Shown piece after piece: positions 50,011-60,858 of a stretch of DNA of 64,000 nt. The notes beneath the pieces were generated by a model. It was not told where the DNA came from, searched no databases, and was given only the letters and a program-made list of their open reading frames with translations. The DNA lies in contig CAVVUN010000015.1 in NCBI GenBank assembly GCA_963751455.1, positions 352,001-416,000 on the forward strand, in the 5' to 3' direction. A program made the position numbers and the translations under genes. The number at the start of each line of letters is the position of its first letter. Within the stretch, counting starts at the first letter, position 1. Source of the stretch: Nitrospirota bacterium (lineage in GTDB: Bacteria > Nitrospirota > UBA9217).

Positions 50011-53000
50011 TCAATCCTTGTTGTCTTTCTTTCCTCTCTCGAAAAAGGGTGAAATGATTTCAACGGGAAGCTCTACGATATTTTTAAAGAGCTCCACAAT
50101 CCTTGAACCAACAACCGAAGGATCAAGGAAGATGACGTCAGGGTTCTCGAAATCGCCGGTAACTTTTACGGGTATGGAGACCAGAGTGCCGCCCAACAAC
50201 TTGCCGACGATGGGAATATGCCTGATGATCCAGTTGATGGTTGAAAAAGGCGCTACGAGAACGACGAGGTCCATTCGCCTGCTGGCAAAATCCACGCTGC
50301 CTTCAGCGATAAGGTCCACGGAAGATCCGGTTATGTAGGCCTGCTCAAGACGTAATTTTCCCTGGTGCAGTTTTCCTTTAAGCATTAACTTTTTATAGGG
50401 AAATCCGCTCCCTCCGAGGACTGGCGTCTTTCCACGAAAAATTTCGGTCACGCTCAGGACTGAAAATATCTTAGCCAGAGTCGGGGCGCGGTAGATTTTC
50501 CCGTTGCGGCTGGTAAAATCAACGTTGCCCTCCAGCGAGGATACCAGCGAGCCGCTTTTCCCCTGCATGCGCAGGTCCGCGTTGAGATCGTAATTTCCTG
50601 TGATGTGAACATTCAGACCTGTCAGGCAGCTGATGGAATATGCCAGCGGCTGATTTCTGATCGCAGGAGTGAACTCGACTTCGACGTTTTTATTGAATAC
50701 GGAAAAAGTGCCCGGCGCTGAAACTCCACACACCTCAGCCTCGGTAATTGCCGCACTGATGCCGGGAGGACCGAACGTAACCATGGCATTCAAGGGGCTG
50801 AAGGTATAACGGCCGTACGTCAGCGAGGAAGAGCCCAATTTGATCATTCCGGACAGCGCGCTTCTCTCTGTCCCTCCGGCTGCGCTCTCCCTGTTCGAAA
50901 TATTCTTCTCTTTTTCCCCCTGGTCTGCGGTTTTCAAAGCGTCCAGCAGTTTGTTGATGTTCACCTTGTCGTTCTCAAGGTCGAGGTCCACGATGAAACC
51001 ATTTTTTGAAGCGGAAACCTCTCCGGTGACGGAAAAATGGGACTCACCCCAGATAGCGACTGCGGAATCTATCACAAAGCTGTTTTTATCCGCATGCAGC
51101 AAAAAAGTGTTGAGCACGAGCGGTATGGCCATTCTGGAGGGAACAACGAAATCCTGACCGGTAAGTCTTCCGCGGGCGGAGGACTCAGGCGGGTTATCCG
51201 CTCTTATTTTCACGTGCAGATTGCCCTGTATCTTGCCGCTTCCGGACGTCGGGCTTCGTTCGAATATGCGTGTCATGCTCGCCTCGGCGAAGGTTCCGGA
51301 AAACGCAAATTCTATCGTGCTTCCACTTCCGGAATAGGAGATCGAGGCGTCCGAATCGCGGTCCTTGACTGAAGCCCGTCGGACCACGAGCTCCTCAGGG
51401 CTGCGGGAAAAATCAATTGAGATGTCCGGGCCGCCGCTAATGCTCGCGTTTCCAGCCATGGACAGCCCCGACGCTCTGTTCCACTGCAGATGCATGTCCA
51501 GAGATGAAATCGGATGTACGATCAGTTCATCGGGAAGAGTAAATTTTGTGAATACCCATCGAATTGCGTCACGACCCGAATCTTCCCCTTGACGAAAAGC
51601 TCTGCTGCGTCCGGTTCTGTCAGGAAATTCCGGACGAGAACCCGATAAGGATATGGATGAATCCAGCATGAGGGCAGAAACATCCTGGAAAGAAATCTCG
51701 CCTCCCGAAATACTGAAATTGCCTCCTTGCACCGCAGCCGGTCCCGGCAGCAGCGGAGAAGCGACTGTAATAGTATGAACACTTCCGGCAGCTGCCATCC
51801 GCCATGGCGTGCCATCCGTCGGTATAGTCCCTTTCATTGAGGTGAGCGTTACCGTTCCGTGAATTTCACTGATATCTTTGAATATCTCATCAAGACGGGG
51901 GAAGTATGATCGCCAGCCGTAAAGCTCTTCAAGTACAATGGCTGCGCTCCCGGAATATAATGCGAAGCCCCTCTTTTTGCCCCATGAATATTGTGCTGTA
52001 ATCCCTGACGCCGAAGATTTACCCAGGGAGGCCGACAGGCCACTTACCTCGACCCTGGTGCCCTCGACGGAAAACAGACCGCTTGCGGAAGCGAGTGAAG
52101 GGAAAAACGATGAAGCGACCGCAACTTTCTCGGCCTTGCCGCGGATCTCGATTTCCCAGTCGGAAGGCTTTGCAAGCAAACCTTTCACCCGGAGTGAAGA
52201 GAAATTTATAATGCCCTTCAGTGATGTAATTGCCTTAAGATACTCGCGCCCTGCCGGGTAAGACGAAAACCATCCAAACAACTGATCGAGCGCCAGGGTG
52301 CCTCTTCCGGAATCAATCGAAAGAACGCGCGGCTTCGCTCGTGTGACGACAGCAGACAGTCCCGCAAGCGAAGACCTCCCGACGGAAAGCGAGAGATTTT
52401 TTACTGCGGTTTCAGATTCGCGCAGCGAGACCGATGAGCTCACCGAGACCGCCCCCCAGGGCTCCGAGTCGGCCGTAAGAGAGAAGATGACATCGCCGGG
52501 AGGGGCAATAATACGGACATTGAGATTGCGAAGCAAAAGGATCGTGCCGGCTTTGTCGGAGACTGTCAGTTCTCCGCCGTGTATCAGAAATACAAGCCCC
52601 GGCGCGGCTGCTTCGAGGGACGATACTGCGGGCCCTATTGCTGCTTCAAGTTCTTCTAAAGCGCCTTCTTGTTGTCGCGCAGTACGCGGTCTTTTTTTTC
52701 GGGCAGTCTGACCGTAAAATCAGGCTGCTCAAATATCATCTTCGCGATCCTTACGTTCCCTTTAAATAACGGAGCAATTTGCGGGTACAGGCTCAGGGAC
52801 TTCATTTTTCCTGATGTATTCCGGATTGCGATGTCCGGATCACGGAAAACGAGGTGAGGATCGGGGAAGAGGGCAAAGTCCAGTTTCCGGTAATCCACTT
52901 CTCCGTGGATTGCGCCGGATACGGACCCGCGAATTTTTGCTTTAACGTCAGGAGAATTAAGGACAGCAGGCGCAAGAAAAAAAACAGCAGCCAGCAGGCC

Positions 53001-53057
53001 GGCCGCTGTGCCGAGTACAAGTACGCCCCAGATCGCCAGTTTTTTTCGTCGGCCCAT
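50011..53057 (-). CDS. AsmA-like envelope protein, several frameshifts
   Basis: N-terminal anchor ORF 52656..53057; C-terminal AsmA_2-like GSVDF...IPIVG..VKVTGDFENPDV. Confidence 0.75.
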
Positions 53058-53223
53058 CTCGCACGCTCCCTATTCTTTATTATTATACCTTTTGTGTCAG
53101 AAAATCCGAAACTGCTCAAACAGGGAGTGTGCAGTCGAAACCGTGCAGGGTCTGTCAATCTTGAAGGGTTTGTAATAGAAAAGAATTACTAAATAAGAAT
53201 TGCTTTGCGCAGTTTCTGGCGGG

Positions 53224-55907
53224 CTAATGTAATAGCCGTTCGAACTCCTTGGGTGGCACGGCCGGGCTGAAGTAGAAACCCTGGCCCATGTCGCACTTCA
53301 GCAGCCGCAGGATTTTCCATTGTTCTTCGGTCTCGATGCCCTCCGCGATCGTCCTGAGTCCGAGACTATGCGCCATGGTGATGATGGCCGTAACGAGAGA
53401 CGTAGTATCGGGATCGCTGGCAACGTCCCTCACGAAAGACTGGTCGATCTTGATGGTGTCGACCGGAAACTTCTTCAGATAGCTCAGCGACGAATACCCC
53501 GTGCCGAAGTCGTCGATGGAGATCCTCACGCCGATCTTCTTGAGTCTTTGCAGTATCGAGATCGAAATATCCTGGTCCTTCATAAAGATGCTTTCCGTTA
53601 TTTCCAGCGAAAGGCGGGCGGGGTCGATACCGGCCTCCCGCACGGTGTGCTCCACGGTTTCCACCAGATATTCGCTCCGGAACTGTGACGGCGAAAGATT
53701 GACCGCGATTGGAATACTTGACGCGCCGTTCGTCCACTGCCTGATCTGCGTGCATGCCGTCTGGAGCACCCACTTCCCGACATCGGCGATCATGCCTGTC
53801 TCCTCGAGCATCGGAATGAACTTGACCGGCGGAGACAAGCCCGAACTCGTCGTTGTTCCACCTGAGCAGGGCCTCCGCACCTGCCACCTTCCGCGTGGAC
53901 AGGATATGGTACGGTTGATACGACAGGATATATTCGCTGTTCCTCAGAGCGTCGGAAAGACGCCGCTCCATGAATACGAGTTCCGATATGCCTATATTCA
54001 TATCGGCAGTATAGAACTGATAGCGGTTCCTGCCCAGGTCCTTGGCTTTCGAGAGCGCAGTGTCCGCGTTCTTCATGAGCAGGCGCGCGTCTTTGCCGTC
54101 CGCGGGATAGATCGCTATTCCGATCGCCAGGGTCACAGAGATTTCCTCGCCCCCCGACATGATGATCTGCGGCACGTTCTTCATGATCATCTTCACGAAA
54201 AGGACAATGTCCGCGGGCCGTTCGATGTCATGGAGCGCGATCCCGAATTCGTCGCTGCCGAGGCGGCCGACAATGTCGCCTTTGTTGACGGAAACAGAAA
54301 GGCTTTCCGCCACCTGTTTCAGAACCTTGTTGCCCGCCTCGAGGCCGTAGATTTCGTTCAGATACTTGAAGCGGTCAATGTCGATTGCGAGCACGGCAAC
54401 CGACTTTTTTTGCCTTTGCCTTCCGCGGAAAGGTCCCGGTCCAGTCTCTCGGCAAACAGGCCCCGGTTCGGGAGTCCGGTCATGGCGTCGTAGGACGCCA
54501 GGTAGTCCAGCCGGTCCCGCATCAATTTAACGTGCGTCATATCGCTGCAGGTAAAGACAATGTGCGTGACGCTTCCCGCGTCGCCCTTGATGGGCGCTGC
54601 AACCGCGTCGAGATGGATATACTGACCGTCCTTGCCCGTGCAGACCATTTCCGCTTCAAACGTACGCCCGGAAAGCACCGTTTCCCACATGGTTCGGGAC
54701 CGCGCCGGGTCCTGCTGGTCCGGCTGCAGGAGCGCCAAGCCGCGGCCCATCAGCTCTTCGCGGCTGTACCCGGTGACTTTTTCCACTGCCCTGTTCAAAA
54801 ATTCCACGTTGCCTGCCGGGTCCGTGATTATCATGAGATCCGCCGCCTGTTCAACTGTAAGGGCAAGCTTTTTAAGCAGGTCTTCTGAACGTTTTTGCTC
54901 GGTGACGTCCCGGCTGACGACCGAAAAGCCGCGCAGACCGCTTTCGCCGTCACGGAGGGGTGTAACGATCGTGTGCGCCAGGAACGTTGAGCCGTCCTTT
55001 CTGACCCGCGTGCCGACCTGTTCATGGCGTCCATCCGCCTCGGCGATCTTCAGGCACTGGTCCGGTTTCCCGAGCTTGAGGTCGTCGGCCGGAAACAGGG
55101 AGGAATAATGCTTCCCGATAATTTCAAGACCGGTGAAGCCCTGGAGGCGCTCAGCTGCGGCGCTCCAGTGCAGTATGGCTCCGTTGGGATCGAGCATCAT
55201 GAAGGCGGCGTCCTTGAGGCCCTCGGTAAAAAGCCGGAAACGCTCTTCAAGATCCAGCAGTTCGCGGTTTGTCCGGCGGTACCGCGAGAATTCGCGGCCG
55301 ATGATAACGAGGGAGCAGAGAACGATGAGGAGTGCGCGGCGTAGCCGGCTGCTATAAGGGAAATATCTTTTTTGACATGGCGCTCCAGCAGGCGGTCCTG
55401 ATACGCGCTTATCATGAGCCCGTCCTGCTCGATGCCCGTCAAGGCGGATGCTATTTCTTCCGACAAACGTCTCCCGATGCCTGTTTGCACCAGAGCGTAC
55501 GATGCCCTTCCTTTGCCGTTTGTCCGGGCGGCTATGATCTGTTCCGTGTTTTGAATGCGCTGATCAACCAGCGGTTCCAGGCGCTGCATTCTCTGCTCGC
55601 CTGCCGCGCTCGCGCAGAGTTTCTTCAATTCGCGAAGATTCCTGCGAAGCTGGCTTGATATGTCCCGCGCGGCAATAAGGTAAATTTGTTCGCCTGATAA
55701 CGCGAATCCTAATTCAGCGGCTTCAATATCCTTGAGTCCTGAACGGATCCCGCTTGCCCATTTCAAGGTTGCGTAGTTAGAGGTAGTTGTTTCATTTAAA
55801 GCGGACCGGAGAGGATTATCGGTGAACAACTCGAAGCCGATGGCTGCGAAGCCAAGCAGCCCCGCCCCGAAAACAGCGAGTATTTTTTTCCAAAGACTCG
55901 AACCCAT
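53224..55907 (-). CDS. CHASE3-PAS-PAS-GGDEF-EAL protein, split into four ORFs by indels
   Basis: Consecutive ORFs give CHASE3-like (DIEAAELGFALSG), PAS, DIDRFK..RLGSDEF, YQP..EALLRW, DDFGTGYSSL. Confidence 0.8.
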
Positions 55908-56283
55908 TTGTGGTTTCCCGAAGCGACGCCGAGCTCAAATTGCCTGGTCAGAAAGACTGCAGGGAAGTGCAGAAAGTTTCGGTCTCATTCTACCTGACAA
56001 TTAATATTTGTCAATTTTTTTTGTTTTGCCGTCGCAAAATTAAAGTGCGCCGGAGTTTTATGATTACTTATCTTCGGCTGTCGGCGCTCCGCAGCGCCAG
56101 GGCATGGTCTGCTTGTTCACCTGCGGCGATTCTTGAATTTCTTTATTTTTGCACAATTCTGTTGTATTATTACAGCTCGAAGCTGCGTGTTGTCTATCTC
56201 AGTATGGGACAGATTCTCACATTCGTTTGCGACCTTGCCCACGTTGAGGGCGCACGCTTCAGAATTCGTCAAAAGGGGGATGA

Positions 56284-57378
56284 ATGCAGAAGGAAGAACT
56301 GAAGAGCCTTGCATCCGTTGTTTCCAGGCTTTCCGCGCTCCTCACGAAGGACCGTGAAAACCTTCCTGTCGCCTATCTCAAGGATCCGGAACTTCGGAAT
56401 GCCTATATCCGATACTTTTTACCGGCGAACATGAAAAAAGTCCATTTGCCCTTAACGGATCTTTCGCTCAACCCGGCATCGCTTCCTGGCGCGCGGCTGC
56501 GCGTTCTCGACCTCGGCTGCGGTCCGGGCACCGCACTGCTGGGGGTCCTTTCATTTTTTGCGCAAAGGCCGCAGCGGCCCTCGCTTGCCTGCGTTGCAGT
56601 GGACCGGGTGGGAGAGAACCTGCGGGCGGCGGAAGATGTGTTCAACTCGTATACAAACAGCAATTCGCTCGACGCATCAATCAAGACGGTCCGGGCTGAC
56701 ATCGGGACAGAGTATGCTGTGGAGGGCCTGTTCGACCTTATATTGTTCTCAAACGTTCTGAACGAGCTTTACCCTTTCGATGAGGACCGCATTGAGCGCC
56801 GCGCGTCTCTTGTCAAGGCCGTGATGACGCGGCACCTGGCCGATACCGGCAGCTGCATCATCATCGAGCCGGCGCTTCGTACGACATCGCGCGAAATGCT
56901 CGAAATCAGAGACAATATCCTGGGGCAGGGCGCGCATATCTATTCCCCCTGCCTTGCACACGGGAAGTGTCCGGCGCTCGCAAACCCGCGTGATTGGTGC
57001 CACGAGGATATCGCATGGGACCCTCCCGCTGTCATAAAGGAGATCGACAGCCTTACCGGGCTGCGAAAGGATTCACTCAAATTTTCCTACCTGGTCCTCA
57101 GAAAGGACCGTTTGTCGCTCGCCGACATTCTCGGTCATCATTCGTTTCGAGTCGTGAGCGAGCCGCTTGTTTCAAAAGGTAAGCTGGAAATTTTCATATG
57201 CGGAGCGCCGGGGCGAAAGCTCGTAACGAGGCTCGACAAGGACAAGAGCCCGGAGAACCAATTCTTCGATGTGCTGAAGCGGGGTGCAATCGCCGGTTTT
57301 GCCGGGCTCATCGATGAGGGCACGAGATTTAAGATAGAGCAGGGGACAAAAGTAATTATTCACCGGCATGCGACATAA
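56284..57378 (+). CDS. Rsm22-family SAM-dependent methyltransferase
   Basis: VLDLGCGPGT, IIEPA, PC.....CP......WCH, KFSYLVLRK. Confidence 0.8.
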   Translation: MQKEELKSLASVVSRLSALLTKDRENLPVAYLKDPELRNAYIRYFLPANMKKVHLPLTDLSLNPASLPGARLRVLDLGCGPGTALLGVLSFFAQRPQRPSLACVAVDRVGENLRAAEDVFNSYTNSNSLDASIKTVRADIGTEYAVEGLFDLILFSNVLNELYPFDEDRIERRASLVKAVMTRHLADTGSCIIIEPALRTTSREMLEIRDNILGQGAHIYSPCLAHGKCPALANPRDWCHEDIAWDPPAVIKEIDSLTGLRKDSLKFSYLVLRKDRLSLADILGHHSFRVVSEPLVSKGKLEIFICGAPGRKLVTRLDKDKSPENQFFDVLKRGAIAGFAGLIDEGTRFKIEQGTKVIIHRHAT

Positions 57379-57769
57379 ATCCTTAAAAACGGTCTCACAC
57401 AAAGCCGCGAAGACAGAAAGAAAAATGCATACTGCCTGACCCGGACAAGCAGGAAACAAGACAAATTCATTTTAACCGCGGATGCACACACCCTTCACTC
57501 GAAATATCGCAATACTTAGACCCTTTGTTGACCATCGCACTAAGAAACGTGTGACGGGAATCAAGGACCGCAGAGACGGGAATCAAGGACCTCATAAACG
57601 CGCCCTGTACTCGCGCTGTGCACTCGTGGCACTGGGTGCAGGCTGGGTGCAGGCGGATGGATGGCCACAGATAATCAATCAAGTTCTCATCCGTGCTAAT
57701 CTGTGTCAATCCGTGGCAAAAAAGTCTTAACGTTCTTGCTTTCAGCTCCGATTTTCCGTACGATGGATC

Positions 57770-58276
57770 ATGACCAGATACCGACCCCCACAGAAACCCG
57801 GCTCGAAGTACATTACGCCGGAAGGAAAAAAGCGTTTGAGCGATGAGTTCGAATACCTCTGGAGGGAAAAGCGTCCGGAGGTGACCGCGGCTCTTGCCGC
57901 GGCTGCTGCGGAAGGGGACCGCTCTGAAAACGCCGAATACATCTACCGCAAAAAGCAGCTGCGGGAAATCGATGCCCGCATTCATCACCTCAAAAACCGG
58001 CTGGAGCATATCGTAGTTGTCGACACCAAGCCTGACGATGAGTCCATAGTGTTCTTCGGCGCGTGGGTCCGGCTCGAAGACGAAGAAGGAAATGTGAGCG
58101 AGTACCGCATCGTCGGACCCGATGAGTTCCACCATACCCCCGGGTCAATCAGCATGGACGCTCCTATGGCGCGTGCGTTAATGAGGAAGTCCGAGGGCGA
58201 AGAAGTTATTGTGAAACGTCCCAAGGGAGATGCAGTGTTCACGATAGTAAAAGTGCAGTACAAGCCGTTCAAATAG
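57770..58276 (+). CDS. greB: Transcription elongation factor GreB
   Basis: YITPEG, RPEVT..AAAEGDRSENAEY..KKQLREID, VFFGAWV, ISMDAPMARAL. Confidence 0.92.
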   Translation: MTRYRPPQKPGSKYITPEGKKRLSDEFEYLWREKRPEVTAALAAAAAEGDRSENAEYIYRKKQLREIDARIHHLKNRLEHIVVVDTKPDDESIVFFGAWVRLEDEEGNVSEYRIVGPDEFHHTPGSISMDAPMARALMRKSEGEEVIVKRPKGDAVFTIVKVQYKPFK

Positions 58277-58744
58277 CGGCACGCCCGAGCGTAAAGTTCA
58301 GGGAACCAGTTTCTTCCTGTACTGTACAGTCAGAGAGTATCGTGATTGGTATTGAGTACAACCGGTAATTGAGAGTCGATTGTCACTTAAATCATTCGAC
58401 ACCCAGAAGTGATTTTGCCAATTCTTTAATCCTCAATTCGCAATTGAAACAAAGGCATTTCTGTGCTATTCTCGCTTCAATGGCGGCCGGAAATCCCTTC
58501 CTTGTTTCCGCATCTGCGTCCTCTCCTGCAATAGTGACGATTGAACTTGATTGGTTTGAACGTCCGTGCAACAATCTATTGAAATTTTTTTTTGTTGCTT
58601 GATTTCATATTCCCAGGCCTGCATGAGAGTAAAACTTACAAAAAAATAACAAGATGCTCAACTCGCACGACACATTCCTGAACATACAGCAGGTCCTACC
58701 CTGAGAGAACAAGATCGGCGGACGACGCATGGAATTTAGATACT

Positions 58745-60199
58745 ATGTTTGAACAGTCATTCAAAAACATTGACGACGTCCTCTGGAAAGAGGCCGGCTG
58801 CACCACCGAGCTGGATTATACCGAGCAGACCTCGTGGCTTCTCTTCCTGAAGTACCTCGATGACCTGGAGCAAGATAAGAAGACCGAAGCTGAGTTGGAG
58901 GGTAAGAAATACACCTTCATCCTCGACAAAGACTACCGATGGGAAAGCTGGGCTGCGCCCAAGGGCAAAGACGGCAAACTCGACCATAACAAAGCTCTGA
59001 CCGGAGACGATCTGCGCGACTTTGTGGATCGCAAGCTCTTTCCGTATCTGCACAAGTTCAAGCAGAAGGCAAGCGGACCGAACACGATCGAGTACAAGAT
59101 CGGTGAAATATTCGGGGAGATTAAAAATAAGATTCAGAGCGGCTACAACTTGCGGGAGATCATCGACCACATAGACGAACTGCATTTCCGCTCACAGAAC
59201 GAGAAACACGAGCTGTCAGACCTCTATGAGGCCAAGATCAAGAACATGGGCAATGCTGGCAGGAATGGCGGCGAGTATTACACCCCGCGTCCACTTATCC
59301 GCGCAATCGTTCATGTAATCAAGCCCAAAATGGGAGAGCAGATCTATGATGGCGCTGTCGGATCGGCAGGGTTCTTGTGCGAAGCGTTTGATTATCTCAA
59401 GGCAAAGAAGAACCTGACCACGAAGGACCTCAAAACGCTTCAAGAACGCACCTTTTACGGGAAGGAAAAGAAGTCCCTTGCCTATGTTATTGCGATCATG
59501 AATATGATCCTGCACGGCATCGAAGCGCCGAACATCATCCATACCAACACACTCTCCGAGAATCTTGCCGACATTCAGGAGAAGGACCGCTATGACGTGG
59601 TGCTGGCCAATCCGCCCTTTGGCGGCAAGGAGCGCAAGGAAGTGCAGCAGAACTTTTCGATTCGCACCGGCGAGACCGCCTTTCTCTTCCTTCAGCACTT
59701 CATCAAAATTCTGAAGGCGGGTGGGCGCGGCGGTGTGGTCATCAAGAACACCTTCCTCTCGAACACTGACAACGCCTCGGTGAGTTTGCGCAAGATGCTG
59801 CTTGAAAACTGCAACCTGCAAACCGTGCTCGATTGTCCCGGCGGCACGTTTCAGGGCGCGGGTGTGAAGACCGTGGTGCTGTTCTTTGAAAAAGGCGCGT
59901 CCACCCGCAAGGTCTGGTATTACCAGCTTGATCCCGGCCGCAATCTTGGGAAGACCAACCCGCTCAATGACACCGACCTCGCTGAGTTTGTGAAACTGCA
60001 AAAGACCTTTGCTGACTCGCCCAAGAGTTGGAGCGTTGATACGAAAAACATCGACAAGACAACCTTTGACCTCTCCGTGAAGAACCCGAACGGCGGCGAG
60101 GAAGTAAAGCACCGCAACCCAAAAGAGATTATGAAGGAAATCGCCGCGCTGGATGCAGAGAGCGCGAAGGTGCTGACGAGGATTCGGGAGCTGCTATGA
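58745..60199 (+). CDS. hsdM: Type I R-M methyltransferase subunit
   Basis: GEYYTPR, YDGAVGSAGFL, NPPF. Confidence 0.95.
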   Translation: MFEQSFKNIDDVLWKEAGCTTELDYTEQTSWLLFLKYLDDLEQDKKTEAELEGKKYTFILDKDYRWESWAAPKGKDGKLDHNKALTGDDLRDFVDRKLFPYLHKFKQKASGPNTIEYKIGEIFGEIKNKIQSGYNLREIIDHIDELHFRSQNEKHELSDLYEAKIKNMGNAGRNGGEYYTPRPLIRAIVHVIKPKMGEQIYDGAVGSAGFLCEAFDYLKAKKNLTTKDLKTLQERTFYGKEKKSLAYVIAIMNMILHGIEAPNIIHTNTLSENLADIQEKDRYDVVLANPPFGGKERKEVQQNFSIRTGETAFLFLQHFIKILKAGGRGGVVIKNTFLSNTDNASVSLRKMLLENCNLQTVLDCPGGTFQGAGVKTVVLFFEKGASTRKVWYYQLDPGRNLGKTNPLNDTDLAEFVKLQKTFADSPKSWSVDTKNIDKTTFDLSVKNPNGGEEVKHRNPKEIMKEIAALDAESAKVLTRIRELL

Positions 60200-60858
60200 A
60201 AAAAAATGGGAATAATGAGAACTCTGTGAAAAATGGGAGTCATGGGAGGAAGCCTTCTCATAACTCGCATAATTCCCCTGATTCCCAGCCCTCGATTTTG
60301 CCTCCGAGAGGCGATTATAAGACCTTGCTCTCTTACCAGAAGTCAGAGGTTGTCTATGAAATAACCTACCGCTTTTGTAGCCGATTCCTCGCCAAAGGCG
60401 ACCGCACCATTGATCAAATGGTGCAGGCTGCCCGATCAGGAAAGCAAAACATCATTGAGGGCAGCAAAGCCGCTGTGACTTCAAAGGAGACCGAGATAAA
60501 ACTGACGAATGTCGCGCGTGCAAGCCTGGAGGAATTGCTTGAGGATTATCGGGATTTTCTGCGCGTGCGCGATATGCAGATCTGGGACAAAGACAGCCGC
60601 GAAGCGCTCTATGTCCGTGAGTTGAGCAAGACGACTCCTCTGACGTTTGATGTCTTTCGCGAATTTGTGGAAACCCGCCCAGCAGAGGTCGTGGCCAATA
60701 TCGCCATCTGCCTGATTCACCAGGCCAACTACCTGCTCGACCAGCAACTCAAAGGACTCGAAAAAGCGTTCCTCAAGGATGGCGGCTTGCGGGAACGGAT
60801 GACGCGCGCCCGCCTGCAGATGCGGGATCAGCAGCGCAAAGGGCGGGCAAAGATATGA
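60196..60858 (+). CDS. Four-helix-bundle (23S IVS/Avd-like) protein with suffix domain
   Basis: DQMVQAARSGKQNIIEGS, VARASLEELLEDY, F..DGGLRERM. Confidence 0.85.
   Translation: MKKNGNNENSVKNGSHGRKPSHNSHNSPDSQPSILPPRGDYKTLLSYQKSEVVYEITYRFCSRFLAKGDRTIDQMVQAARSGKQNIIEGSKAAVTSKETEIKLTNVARASLEELLEDYRDFLRVRDMQIWDKDSREALYVRELSKTTPLTFDVFREFVETRPAEVVANIAICLIHQANYLLDQQLKGLEKAFLKDGGLRERMTRARLQMRDQQRKGRAKI

Noticed and set aside
53501-54493. Long antisense ORFs (also 59216..60112, 62851..63657, 14466..15311)
   Set aside because: Shadow frames of well-supported genes on the opposite strand
58277-58744. att site or mobile-element boundary before hsdM
   Set aside because: No tRNA, integrase or repeat partner visible in the window
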